Assembly (NCBI GenBank): GCA_964449585.1
Contig: CAYUZE010000002.1
Coordinates: forward strand, 116,833-180,832
Direction: 5' to 3'
Length of the DNA stretch: 64,000 nucleotides
From: an uncultured Gammaproteobacteria bacterium
Lineage (GTDB): Bacteria > Patescibacteriota > Microgenomatia > UBA10105 > UBA927
Shown: in pieces, positions 9,453 through 19,126 of the stretch
How the letters are laid out: each line of letters starts with the position of its first letter
Position numbering within the stretch: the stretch's first letter is position 1
Notes under the pieces: model-generated
What the model was told of the DNA's origin: nothing
Seen by the model: the letters and a program-made list of their open reading frames with translations, nothing else
Databases searched by the model: none
Translations under genes and position numbers: made by a program

Positions 9453-10739
9453 ATGCACGGTCTTGATAGACTCGTCATCGTTGTCGCAAAACTGATTTCG
9501 TTCGTCAGTAAAACGCTGGGGTTCGGGGCGGGGGAAACCTGGCCGGGAGAAGTGGCACTTCGACTTCGTCCGCATGTTGCCCAGTCGCTTGCCGGTGCCC
9601 TTTTCCGCGGATGCATCCTCGTTGCGGGCACCAACGGCAAAACCACCACCTCCCTCATGATTAAAAAGACGCTTGAAGGAGTGGGGAATGTGGTGATCCA
9701 TAACGAAACGGGAGCGAATTTGTTAAACGGGATCGTTTCTTCGTTTATCAGACATGCTGACTTCCTGGGGAGGATTACCGCCGACGTGGGCATATTTGAG
9801 GTAGATGAAAACTCCCTGCCGCATGTATTGCGGTACATGACGCCGACGCACCTTGTGTTTTTGAACCTGTTCCGCGACCAGTTGGATCGATACGGCGAGG
9901 TTGATGTCATTGTCGAGAAATGGACGAAGGCGATCGCCCCGCTTACGGCAAAAACGACCCTTATCGTCAACGCCGATGATCCGGGGGTTGCTTCATTGGG
10001 AAAAGTAAGTCGAGCAAAAGTAATTTATTTCGGGATCACGGACACCAAAAAGTTTTTAACCAAAGCCGAACATGCGACCGATTCGACATTTTGTCCCTCC
10101 TGCGGTCATAGACTGGTCTATAAAGGCATATTCTTTTCGCATTTGGGGATTTGGCATTGTCCTTCCTGCGGCAATACCCGTCCTTCGCCGTCTGTGCACT
10201 CTTGGCCGAGTGCCCTTCCGGGGTTGTATAACGAGTACAATACACTTGCCGCCGTCGCCACTGCACGTGCCTTCGGTGAGCCGCAGAAAACAATTCGCGA
10301 CGCCCTGTCGCACTTTACCCCCGCGTTCGGCAGACAGGAAGATATCGCAGTGGACGGGAGAACGGTAAAAATAGTGCTTTCCAAAAATCCTGCGGGATTT
10401 AATGCCTCGCTTCGTACGGTGACCGAGATGCATGCCTCCCAAATGCTCATCGTTCTAAATGACCGTATCCCCGATGGCCGTGATGTGAGCTGGATTTGGG
10501 ATGTGGACTTTGAAATGATTCCTGACCGTACGCAGGTGACGGTATCGGGCGATCGCGCCCTCGACATGGCGGTACGGATGAAATATGCGGATAAGCGCGT
10601 CGGGGTAGAAAAATCATTGGCGGAAGCGGTCACCAAAAGCATTGCCGCTACTCCGAAAGGAAAAACGCTTTTTGTGCTCGCCACCTATTCCGGCATGCTT
10701 GAAGTCAGAAAATTACTCACGGGAAGGAAAATCTTATGA
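9453..10739 (+). CDS. murT: lipid II isoglutaminyl synthase subunit MurT (Mur-ligase domain plus DUF1727)
   Basis: GTNGKTTT Mur-ligase P-loop and a CxxC...CxxC zinc ribbon; GATAAT -10 box 6 nt upstream of the ATG at 9453; 4-nt ATGA overlap with gatD. Confidence 0.8.
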   Translation: MHGLDRLVIVVAKLISFVSKTLGFGAGETWPGEVALRLRPHVAQSLAGALFRGCILVAGTNGKTTTSLMIKKTLEGVGNVVIHNETGANLLNGIVSSFIRHADFLGRITADVGIFEVDENSLPHVLRYMTPTHLVFLNLFRDQLDRYGEVDVIVEKWTKAIAPLTAKTTLIVNADDPGVASLGKVSRAKVIYFGITDTKKFLTKAEHATDSTFCPSCGHRLVYKGIFFSHLGIWHCPSCGNTRPSPSVHSWPSALPGLYNEYNTLAAVATARAFGEPQKTIRDALSHFTPAFGRQEDIAVDGRTVKIVLSKNPAGFNASLRTVTEMHASQMLIVLNDRIPDGRDVSWIWDVDFEMIPDRTQVTVSGDRALDMAVRMKYADKRVGVEKSLAEAVTKSIAATPKGKTLFVLATYSGMLEVRKLLTGRKIL

Positions 10740-11458
10740 ACGCTCCCCTAAAAATCGCCTGGTTATATCCTGATCTCATGAGCACGTACGGCGATCGGGG
10801 GAATGTGATAGCACTTCGCAAACGGTGCGAATGGCGAAATATCCCGGTTGAAGTGGTGCCGGTGACGCTCGAGACTGCTACCGCCAAACTTGCTTCCTGC
10901 GACATCGTCTTTATGGGAGGAGCGCAGGACAGGCAACAAAAACTTGCCGGTGAAGATTTTATCCGTCGCAAAGGGCCGATCGTCAAGAAGATGGTCGAAA
11001 AGGGGACACCCGCACTCTTTGTGTGCGCCGCCTACCAGTTCGTAGGGAGGTATTACAAACCGTACCAGGGAGATCCGATTCCCGGAGCGGGGATATGGGA
11101 TTTAATCACCGAACACCCGGGAGATCAGGCAAAACGCCTCATCGGCAACACGGTTGCCGAAATCATTAACCCTCCCGAACTTGCGGGGACGACGATTGTC
11201 GGGTTTGAAAATCACGGAGGCTATACCACGTTGGGAGCGGGCATGAAGCCGCTAGCAAAAGTGATCAGTGGCGGCGGCAACAACGGCAGTGACGGGTATG
11301 AGGGAGCGACGTACAAAAACTCCATCGGATCGTATTTCCACGGACCTTTTCTTCCCAAAAATCCCGCGATTGCCGATTGGCTAATTTCCAAAGTTGTGGG
11401 ACAATTAGCTCCTCTTGATGATGCCCTTGAACATGAAGCAAATGCTTCCGTACGCTGA
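10736..11458 (+). CDS. gatD: lipid II isoglutaminyl synthase glutaminase subunit GatD (CobQ-type amidotransferase)
   Basis: 240 aa; catalytic Cys in the FVCAAYQF context; translationally coupled to murT. Confidence 0.8.
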   Translation: MNAPLKIAWLYPDLMSTYGDRGNVIALRKRCEWRNIPVEVVPVTLETATAKLASCDIVFMGGAQDRQQKLAGEDFIRRKGPIVKKMVEKGTPALFVCAAYQFVGRYYKPYQGDPIPGAGIWDLITEHPGDQAKRLIGNTVAEIINPPELAGTTIVGFENHGGYTTLGAGMKPLAKVISGGGNNGSDGYEGATYKNSIGSYFHGPFLPKNPAIADWLISKVVGQLAPLDDALEHEANASVR

Positions 11459-11461
11459 TTC

Positions 11462-12082
11462 ATGAAAAAAATGCCGATTAAATTTATTTATTTTGACGTG
11501 GGGGGAGTGCTGTTAAATTTTGTGCATGCGCACAAAAAGGTGGCGGCACAATACAACGTACCCTACGCATCCGTGCTCGCCGTGTTTGAAAACAACTGGC
11601 GCGAGGAATGTCGCGGCAACATATCTCCTGCGCAATACATGCAATTATTTGCGGATGCATTAGGTATGACGGATGTTCCCGCGGATGCCGGAGACTTCTG
11701 GTCTGATCATTTCTTAAGCGTTACCCCGATGCACGAGTTGGCTCGTGTTCTCAGCACTACCCATAAAGTAGGCATTTTGTCTAATGCGGGACCGGGGGTA
11801 CTCGATCACTCCCTGCGGAAAGGACACATCCCCGATATTCCCTGGTCGGCGATTATTGATTCTTCCCATCACGGGGTAATCAAACCCGAAGAGAAAATAT
11901 ACGAGATAGCGGAAAAAGCGGCGGGAGTATCACCAGAAGAGATTCTCTTTATCGATGACGTCCCGGAAAACATCGCGGCGGCAACCGCGCGCGGGTGGCA
12001 GGGCATCGTCATGGACACCAGCGATCCGCAAAAAACGATCGAGCGAATTAAACGCGGGCTTATCGCCGAAGAAGTGAAGTAA
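11462..12082 (+). CDS. HAD superfamily hydrolase
   Basis: FIYFDVGGVL motif I (DxG variant) and a C-terminal FIDDxxxN motif. Confidence 0.65.
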   Translation: MKKMPIKFIYFDVGGVLLNFVHAHKKVAAQYNVPYASVLAVFENNWREECRGNISPAQYMQLFADALGMTDVPADAGDFWSDHFLSVTPMHELARVLSTTHKVGILSNAGPGVLDHSLRKGHIPDIPWSAIIDSSHHGVIKPEEKIYEIAEKAAGVSPEEILFIDDVPENIAAATARGWQGIVMDTSDPQKTIERIKRGLIAEEVK

Positions 12083-12083
12083 G

Positions 12084-12371
12084 TTATTCCACCCCGATGA
12101 ACATGATTTTGGGGTAAATATTTTTGATTTCCTCCATAAACTTTTCGGAAAGATTCATCGAAAATTTGCTGTACTGACCCGCTCCCATTTTGGCGCACAG
12201 CCGTCGTTCGTATTCACGGATGACGTCCATGACACTAGCTCCGATGGCGTTGTATTTGGCTTGGTTTGCCGCGGGGTTTAGCACATATGCATCGTGGATC
12301 GGTTTAAACTCGTCAAAAAGCTCTTTGTTTTCCTCAAGCATTTGCTGAACTGCCGCGCGATATTTGGTCAT
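12084..12371 (-). CDS. hypothetical protein
   Basis: 95 aa ORF convergent with the HAD gene; no motif. Confidence 0.4.
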   Translation of the reverse strand: MTKYRAAVQQMLEENKELFDEFKPIHDAYVLNPAANQAKYNAIGASVMDVIREYERRLCAKMGAGQYSKFSMNLSEKFMEEIKNIYPKIMFIGVE

Positions 12372-12449
12372 ATAAACAAATTACCCGAGATGCCGGCATT
12401 TTTGCAAGTACCCGCTTCACGATGATGAGATTTCCGCTATAATGGCTCC

Positions 12450-12755
12450 ATGAGTAATACAAAATTCTCATCGGATGACGTTAAAAAGATTGCAGGAATA
12501 GCCCGAATCCCCATCACCGATAGTCAGGCAGGAGATTTGGCCGACGGGTTTAATAAAACAATGGTCGTCGTTGAAGAACTCAAAAACGTTGATGTTAGCG
12601 GTACTACGACGACCAGCCAGGTGACGGGTTTAGAAAACGTACTTCGTGAAGACGTCGTTGATACGTCCCGCATGTTCAGTCAGGAAGAGGCGCTCGCCAA
12701 TGCAAAGAGGATTCATAACGGATATTTCGTCGTCGACCAAATTCTTGAAGATTGA
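12450..12755 (+). CDS. gatC: Asp/Glu-tRNA amidotransferase subunit C
   Basis: 101 aa GatC-like; TATAAT at 12438..12443 lies 6 nt upstream of the ATG. Confidence 0.8.
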   Translation: MSNTKFSSDDVKKIAGIARIPITDSQAGDLADGFNKTMVVVEELKNVDVSGTTTTSQVTGLENVLREDVVDTSRMFSQEEALANAKRIHNGYFVVDQILED

Positions 12756-12756
12756 T

Positions 12757-14172
12757 ATGAAACTTAATTCGTTAACATTAAAACAAGCCGTTACCAAGCT
12801 CAAGGCAAAAGAGATATCCCATGCTGAGCTCTACCGCGACATAAATGATGCAATTGCCGAAAAAAACGAAGCATTAAACATCTATCTGTCGTTAAATACG
12901 GAAGCGGCAAAAAGTGCGGAGTCGCTTCTCGACTCGCCGCTTGCAGGAGTACCGGTTGCCGTCAAAGACAATTTCCTCACCGTCGGTTTGGAGACCACCG
13001 CTTCCTCGAACGTGCTTAAGGGATTTCGCCCGCAAGCAGAATCCCACGTTACCGGCAAACTAAAAGCGGCGGGCGGCGTCATTGTGGGGAAAACCAATAT
13101 GGATGCCTGGGCACACGGCAGTAGCACGGAAACAAGCGATTTCGGGGCAACAAAAAATCCGAGAAATCCTGCATACCTGCCGGGAGGATCAAGCGGCGGC
13201 AGTGCGGCCGCCATCGCGGCAGATATGGCAACGGTGGCACTCGGCACGGAAACGGCGGGATCCATACGACAGCCCGCGTCGTGGTGCGGCGTCGTAGGGT
13301 TGAAGCCGACGTACGGGAGAGTCAGCAGATCGGGTATCGTTGCCATGGCGTCCTCTACGGACAGTCCCGGTCCCATCGGGAAAACGGTAGAAGATTGTGC
13401 GATGGTGTTAAACCACATCGCCGGTCATGATCCGTATGATGCCACGTCATCGACGAACGCCGTGCCCGACTTTACCCGAGCATTGACGACTGAATTACGG
13501 GGTATGCATATCGGCGTATGCTATGTCGATCATCCGGCACTGCACGGAGAAAAAGCGGCAAATGCGGTGCTTGATGCGGTGAAAGTATTTGAAAGACTCG
13601 GCGCAAACGTGGACGCGGTTCCCGTGTCCCATGACATCAAGCCGGGGACAATCCTTAACCCCGATTACGCGATTGCCGTTTATACGGTAATACAACGGGG
13701 TGAGGTAAGCTCAAACCTTGCACGGTACGACGGTATCCGATACGGCAATCCACGGACGGAGTTTGGCATGGAAGCAAAAAGGCGGGTTATGTTGGGCGCA
13801 TTTACGTTAAGTGCTCTGCTGGATGAAAACATATATGTCCGTGCACAGCGGGTACGAAGTCTCATCGTCAAAAACTATCATGAACTGTTCCAAAAATATG
13901 ACGTGCTTATTTCCCCGACATCACCCGGTTTTGCCCAAAAGATCGGAGCCACGGCGGGGAATCCGCTGTACGGCGAACTGGAAGATATGTTACTTGAAGC
14001 GAGTTCTATAGCCGGTCTTACCGGCATCAACATTCCGTGCATGCGGGATCCGGAGACAAATTTGTATCTTGGTCTCAACATTACCGGTGACCAATGGCAG
14101 GAAGAAAAAGTTATCCGGGCGGCGTATGCTTTTGAACAGGCAACCCGATGGAATCCGTGGGTACAAAAATAA
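12757..14172 (+). CDS. gatA: Asp/Glu-tRNA amidotransferase subunit A (amidase signature family)
   Basis: Amidase signature GGSSGGSAAA...; start reset to the ATG 2 nt after the gatC stop (the ORF-track call from 12646 is an out-of-frame upstream extension). Confidence 0.9.
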   Translation: MKLNSLTLKQAVTKLKAKEISHAELYRDINDAIAEKNEALNIYLSLNTEAAKSAESLLDSPLAGVPVAVKDNFLTVGLETTASSNVLKGFRPQAESHVTGKLKAAGGVIVGKTNMDAWAHGSSTETSDFGATKNPRNPAYLPGGSSGGSAAAIAADMATVALGTETAGSIRQPASWCGVVGLKPTYGRVSRSGIVAMASSTDSPGPIGKTVEDCAMVLNHIAGHDPYDATSSTNAVPDFTRALTTELRGMHIGVCYVDHPALHGEKAANAVLDAVKVFERLGANVDAVPVSHDIKPGTILNPDYAIAVYTVIQRGEVSSNLARYDGIRYGNPRTEFGMEAKRRVMLGAFTLSALLDENIYVRAQRVRSLIVKNYHELFQKYDVLISPTSPGFAQKIGATAGNPLYGELEDMLLEASSIAGLTGINIPCMRDPETNLYLGLNITGDQWQEEKVIRAAYAFEQATRWNPWVQK

Positions 14173-14174
14173 CT

Positions 14175-15497
14175 ATGAATACGTACGAACCGATTATCGG
14201 ACTGGAAATACACGTTGAATTAAAAACCAAAAGCGGCATGTTTTGCGGCTGTCCCGCCGACCATTTCGGCAAACCGCCGAACACCGGGACGTGTCCGGTT
14301 TGTTTGGGATACCCCGGAGCTTTGCCCACCCCCAACAAAAAAGCGGTGGAGTGGACGATCATGTTGGGATTAGCGCTCGGGAGCACGATTGCCAAGGAAT
14401 CCAAGTTTGATCGCAAGCATTATTTTTATCCCGATCTCCCCAAGGGATATCAAATTTCCCAATATGACCAACCGCTGTGCCGCGGCGGGGTGATTCCGAC
14501 GTCTTTTGGCGACGTCAGGATTCATCGCGTACATCTTGAGGAAGATACGGGCAAACTGCAACACGCCGTCGTAAATGGAAAAAAGGTGACGCTCGTGGAC
14601 TTTAACCGCTCGGGAGTGCCGCTTGTCGAAATCGTCACGGAAGCGGATATTCGCAGTAGTGCGCAAGCGAAGGAATTCCTAAAGAAACTGCACCAGATCG
14701 TGCGATATTTGGGTATATCGGATGCAGATATGGAAAAAGGTTCCATGCGGTTGGAACCCAATATTTCTCTTCGTAAAGTGGGTGAGACGGGACTGCCTCC
14801 ATACAAAGTGGAAGTCAAAAACATTAATTCGTTCCGATTCGCCGCGGCCGCCATCGAATATGAAATCAAGCGTCATACCGCGATATTGGACAGTGGGAAG
14901 CTCCCCGTGCAAGAAACTCGCGGGTGGGATGAAGCAAAAAATGCAACCGTTTCCCAACGCAGTAAAGAAGAAGCGGCCGATTACCGATACTTTCCGGAAC
15001 CTGATATTCCGCCGCTTCGCTTTACCGATGAAGATATTGCGAAAATTCGTGCCGCAATGCCCCAACTGCCCGACGCCTATAAAAAGGAAGTCAAAGAAAC
15101 TTTCGGTTTAAATGATACACAGGCAAGCACACTTGCCGATGATTTTGAAAAGATGGCGCTGTTTGCGGAGGTGATGCATCGATCCGATATTCTGGATGCG
15201 AAGATACCGGGTACCGTTGCCGCAAACTGGATTATCAATAAAGTTGCCGATACGGCCGCGGTGACCGGTGAATCGGTTGCGCGTGATATCATCACAAGCA
15301 AACAGGTACATGCTATCGATGATAGTGTCGTTCTTGAAGCCATAGACGGTGTCCTTGCTGAAAACCCCAAAGCGGTAGCGGACTATAAAGCGGGCAAAGA
15401 ACAATCCAAGATGTTTTTGTACGGCATGGTGCTCCGAAAACTGGCGGGAAAAGGTGACAAACAAAAAGTCATGGAGCTTCTCTCAAGTAAATTATAA
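14175..15497 (+). CDS. gatB: Asp/Glu-tRNA amidotransferase subunit B
   Basis: GatB N-terminus MNTYEPIIGLEIHVEL...; starts 3 nt after the gatA stop. Confidence 0.9.
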   Translation: MNTYEPIIGLEIHVELKTKSGMFCGCPADHFGKPPNTGTCPVCLGYPGALPTPNKKAVEWTIMLGLALGSTIAKESKFDRKHYFYPDLPKGYQISQYDQPLCRGGVIPTSFGDVRIHRVHLEEDTGKLQHAVVNGKKVTLVDFNRSGVPLVEIVTEADIRSSAQAKEFLKKLHQIVRYLGISDADMEKGSMRLEPNISLRKVGETGLPPYKVEVKNINSFRFAAAAIEYEIKRHTAILDSGKLPVQETRGWDEAKNATVSQRSKEEAADYRYFPEPDIPPLRFTDEDIAKIRAAMPQLPDAYKKEVKETFGLNDTQASTLADDFEKMALFAEVMHRSDILDAKIPGTVAANWIINKVADTAAVTGESVARDIITSKQVHAIDDSVVLEAIDGVLAENPKAVADYKAGKEQSKMFLYGMVLRKLAGKGDKQKVMELLSSKL

Positions 15498-15499
15498 TC

Positions 15500-18400
15500 A
15501 TGGCAAAATTCGTACATCTTCATGTCCACAGCGAATTTTCCCTGCTGGATGGACTCGGCAAACTTGATCTCCTGATTGCGCGCGCCAAGGAACTCGGGAT
15601 GGATACGCTGGCCGTTACCGATCACGGGGCGATGTACGGAAGCTTCAAATTCTACCTCAAAGCAAAAGCGGCGGGAATTAAGCCCATTCTTGGTGTCGAA
15701 ACGTATGTCGCGCGAAGAAGCAGGCTCGACAAGGAAGGCAAGATTGATACCGATCCGTATCATCTGGTACTCCTGGCGGAGAACGAGGAAGGGTATCGTA
15801 ATCTGATGAAGCTCGTAACGCATGCGCACTTGGACGGCTATTATTACAAGCCGCGCATAGATTGGGATCTGCTGACCAAGCACCACGAAGGCATCATCTG
15901 TTTGTCCGCCTGCCTTGCCGGTCAGGTGCCGCAGTTGCTTATGCAGGACAAAATCAGGGAGGCGGAAGAGGTCGCGGCCAAATACGCTGAATTGTTCGGT
16001 CCGGATCATTATTACATCGAGCTTCAGAAGCACCCGCATATTCCCGAAATTGAACGCACCAATGAAAAACTCGTCGCTCTCGCCAGAAAGTTGGGATTGC
16101 CGTTGGTTGCGACCAACGACGTGCACTATGTAAATGCAGACGATGCCGAGGCGCAGGAAATATTGCTCTGCGTCCAAACCCAACGGACGATCATCGAAAA
16201 AAACCGTCCGCTTTCCATGATGGAATCCCCTGATTTTTATCTTCGGAGTCAGGAAGAAATGATAGAGCTTTTTGCACAATATCCCGAGGCAATCGAAAAC
16301 ACGGTAAAAATTGCCGAGCGTTGCAACATCACCCTCTCGGTGGGGAAGTGGATTCTCCCCCGATTTCCCGTTCCCGATGACAAAAAGCCCGAACAATACC
16401 TTCGGGAGATGGTGTATGAGCGACTGCCGGGTAAGTACAAGGAAGTGACCGACACGATCAAGGAACGCATCGAATACGAGCTCGACATTATCACGAAAAA
16501 AGGTTATTCGACCTATTTTTTGATTGTGCAGGATTTCGTCAATTGGGCCAAATCGCAAAAAATCGGGGTGGGTCCCGGAAGAGGTTCGGCCGCGGGAAGC
16601 GTCATTTCCTACATATTAAATATCACGGGTATCGATCCGTTTCTTTTCGGATTGCCGTTTGAACGCTTTTTAAATCCGTTCCGGCCGAGTCCTCCCGATA
16701 TCGATCTGGATTTTGCCGACGACAGGCGCGATGAAGTAATTGCCTATGTGACGGCAAAGTATGGGGACGATAAAGTTGCCCAGATCATCACCTTCGGTAC
16801 CATGGAAGCCCGGGGAGCGGTCCGTGACGCGGGGCGCGCGCTTGGTATGCCGTATGCCCAACCCGATCGCATCTCCAAAATGATTCCGCCGGGAGCGCAG
16901 GGAGCAAGTATGACGATTGATAAGGCGATTGATATTTCGCCCGAACTTTCCTCCGCCTATCGGGCTGAGCCGGAAACCAAGCGGTTACTTGATGTCGCCA
17001 AAAAACTCGAAGGGGTTGCCCGCCATGCCTCCGTACATGCGGCGGGAGTTGTTATCGCGGACAAACCGCTCGTCGAGTACACTCCGCTTCAGCGTGAAAG
17101 CAAAGGAGACAGGGTGGTAACCCAGTATGACATGTACACGGTCGGTGAAGACGGCGTGGGGCTCATGAAAATGGACTTTTTGGGACTACGAAACTTAACC
17201 ATCATGGCGGCGGCACTCAAGTTTATCGAAGAGGTAAAAGGGAAAACGATCGATTTATATTCCATTCCGTTAACGGACAAAAAAACGTATGAGATGCTTT
17301 CCATCGGCGAAACGACCGGGGTATTCCAGCTTGAATCCGCCGGTATGCGTCGTTATATCAAGGAATTGAAACCCACGACCATATACGACCTCATGGCGAT
17401 GGTGGCGTTATTCCGTCCGGGGCCCATGCAGGTGATCCCGCAGTATATCGAGCGAAAAAATAATCCGCAAAGCATCACGTATCCCGATCCGAAACTGAAG
17501 GATGTGTTGAAACAATCCTACGGGTTGATCTGCTATCAGGACGACGTTCTCTTAACCGCCATAACACTGGCGGGATATTCATGGGGAGACGCCGATAAGC
17601 TTCGGAAAGCCGTAGGGAAAAAGATTGCTTCCGAAATGAAGAAACAGCAGGAAAAGTTTATCGAAGGGTGTATCAAAAACGGCATATCTCGGCACAAAGC
17701 GGAAGACATATTCCATCTTATCGAGCCGTTTGCAGGATACGGATTTAACAAGGCACATGCCGCGTGTTATGCCGTCATCGCCTATCAGACGGCATATCTT
17801 AAAGCAAACTATCCCGTAGAATACATGACGGCGGTGCTGACCGCGGAATCGCGCGCCAACACGGGAGATACGCGAAACGAAAAAATCGCCATGATCGTAG
17901 CCGAGTGCAAGCGCATGGGGATTGCGTTATTGCCTCCCGACATAAACACCTCCGATATCGAATTTACGGTGGAAAAAGGCAATATCCGTTTCGGACTTTC
18001 CGCCATCAAAAATGTCGGGGAAGCGGCGATCGACAGCATATTAAAGGCAAGAAAACTGGACGGCAAGTTCACTTCGCTTGCCGATTTTTTGCGGAGAGTG
18101 GATGTATCGAAGGTGAACAAAAAAACGCTCGAAAGTCTCATGCGGGCGGGCGCTATGGACATGTTCGGTTCACGATCGGCACTCCTTGCCGCGGTGGAAA
18201 CCATGCTTGATCAGATCCACAAAGAGCGCAAAGCCGCCTCGGTAGGACAATTCGGATTGTTTGACGAGGGCGGAAGTGCCGAGCAAAAGGCGGTGACGGA
18301 ACAGCTTCCGAAGGTTGAAGAACTTTCAAGTCACGAACTTTTGTCGTTTGAAAAGGAGCTCCTGGGGTTTTACCTCACCGCTCATCCGTTGGAAAAAACA

Positions 18401-18742
18401 ATTGCCCGTATGGCACAAAAGGATGAGGTTGTTCCGCTGGCACAAATTAATGAGGAACGTGTGGGGGACAAAGTGCAAGTGGTGGGACTCGTCACTCAAA
18501 TTAAGAAAATTGTGACAAAAAAAAGTAATGCCGAGATGGCATTTATCAGACTTGAGGATCTTTCAAGCGGTATGGAGGTAGTGATTTTCCCGAAGCTGTA
18601 TGCCCGCACCATGTCGTTATGGGTGAGGGATGCCGCGGTCATGATATCGGCAAAGGTTGATCAAAAAGATGATCGGCTCGTACTGCTTGCGGACGACGTC
18701 CGCTCCATCGATATGTCACAGGACCGGGGATTATCCGATTGA
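15500..18742 (+). CDS. dnaE: DNA polymerase III alpha subunit
   Basis: 1080 aa; N-terminal PHP motif HLHVHSEFSLLDG; polymerase core; starts 3 nt after the gatB stop. Confidence 0.9.
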   Translation: MAKFVHLHVHSEFSLLDGLGKLDLLIARAKELGMDTLAVTDHGAMYGSFKFYLKAKAAGIKPILGVETYVARRSRLDKEGKIDTDPYHLVLLAENEEGYRNLMKLVTHAHLDGYYYKPRIDWDLLTKHHEGIICLSACLAGQVPQLLMQDKIREAEEVAAKYAELFGPDHYYIELQKHPHIPEIERTNEKLVALARKLGLPLVATNDVHYVNADDAEAQEILLCVQTQRTIIEKNRPLSMMESPDFYLRSQEEMIELFAQYPEAIENTVKIAERCNITLSVGKWILPRFPVPDDKKPEQYLREMVYERLPGKYKEVTDTIKERIEYELDIITKKGYSTYFLIVQDFVNWAKSQKIGVGPGRGSAAGSVISYILNITGIDPFLFGLPFERFLNPFRPSPPDIDLDFADDRRDEVIAYVTAKYGDDKVAQIITFGTMEARGAVRDAGRALGMPYAQPDRISKMIPPGAQGASMTIDKAIDISPELSSAYRAEPETKRLLDVAKKLEGVARHASVHAAGVVIADKPLVEYTPLQRESKGDRVVTQYDMYTVGEDGVGLMKMDFLGLRNLTIMAAALKFIEEVKGKTIDLYSIPLTDKKTYEMLSIGETTGVFQLESAGMRRYIKELKPTTIYDLMAMVALFRPGPMQVIPQYIERKNNPQSITYPDPKLKDVLKQSYGLICYQDDVLLTAITLAGYSWGDADKLRKAVGKKIASEMKKQQEKFIEGCIKNGISRHKAEDIFHLIEPFAGYGFNKAHAACYAVIAYQTAYLKANYPVEYMTAVLTAESRANTGDTRNEKIAMIVAECKRMGIALLPPDINTSDIEFTVEKGNIRFGLSAIKNVGEAAIDSILKARKLDGKFTSLADFLRRVDVSKVNKKTLESLMRAGAMDMFGSRSALLAAVETMLDQIHKERKAASVGQFGLFDEGGSAEQKAVTEQLPKVEELSSHELLSFEKELLGFYLTAHPLEKTIARMAQKDEVVPLAQINEERVGDKVQVVGLVTQIKKIVTKKSNAEMAFIRLEDLSSGMEVVIFPKLYARTMSLWVRDAAVMISAKVDQKDDRLVLLADDVRSIDMSQDRGLSD

Positions 18743-18766
18743 CGGGTGAAACATGAGTGATACAAT
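18739..18766 (+). promoter_or_regulatory. sigma70-like promoter for the ATP synthase operon (-35 TTGACG, 16 nt, extended -10 TGaTACAAT)
   Basis: Near-consensus hexamers overlapping the dnaE stop codon; the -10 box ends 5 nt before the ATG at 18772, so the transcript is leaderless. Confidence 0.5.
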
Positions 18767-18771
18767 TACCT

Positions 18772-19095
18772 ATGTCTGACAAAAAAAGTGAATATCCGGA
18801 GGGAGAGCATTTTGACGTCATTTTAGAAGACGTGGAAACCGGTATCCGACCCCGAAAAATCAAAGTTCCCGAAAAGAAAAAGTCGACAGGGAACGGATGG
18901 CAGTATGCGTCGCTTGCGGGGGAGATAGGGTTTGACGTTGCTCTTCCGATGGTGGCAGGTCTGATCGGAGGCGTCAAAATAGACGAACGATTCGGTACCA
19001 AGCCGACCGCCACACTGGTTTTGTTTGGCCTTGGATTACTCTTATCATGTGCATCACTGATACGTATTGTGCGTGATGTGGTCAGTAAGAGATAA
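18772..19095 (+). CDS. AtpZ/AtpI-like small membrane protein preceding the atp operon
   Basis: 107 aa with two C-terminal TM helices, in the first position of the atp operon; the ORF-track GTG start at 18757 overlaps the -10 box. Confidence 0.5.
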   Translation: MSDKKSEYPEGEHFDVILEDVETGIRPRKIKVPEKKKSTGNGWQYASLAGEIGFDVALPMVAGLIGGVKIDERFGTKPTATLVLFGLGLLLSCASLIRIVRDVVSKR

Positions 19096-19126
19096 TAGCG
19101 CAGTTATCGGATAATACGTACTTATT

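Noticed and set aside
12646-12756. ORF-track N-terminal extension of gatA overlapping gatC
   Set aside because: The extension is in a different frame from gatC and covers its 3' third. GatA homology and a start codon begin 2 nt after the gatC stop (12757). The 9-codon extension of gatB (14148..14174) overlapping the gatA 3' end was trimmed the same way.
18757-18771. GTG start for the atpZ-like gene given by the ORF track
   Set aside because: The GTG lies inside the predicted extended -10 box (TGaTACAAT). The ATG at 18772 is 5 nt downstream of the -10 and fits the leaderless pattern better.
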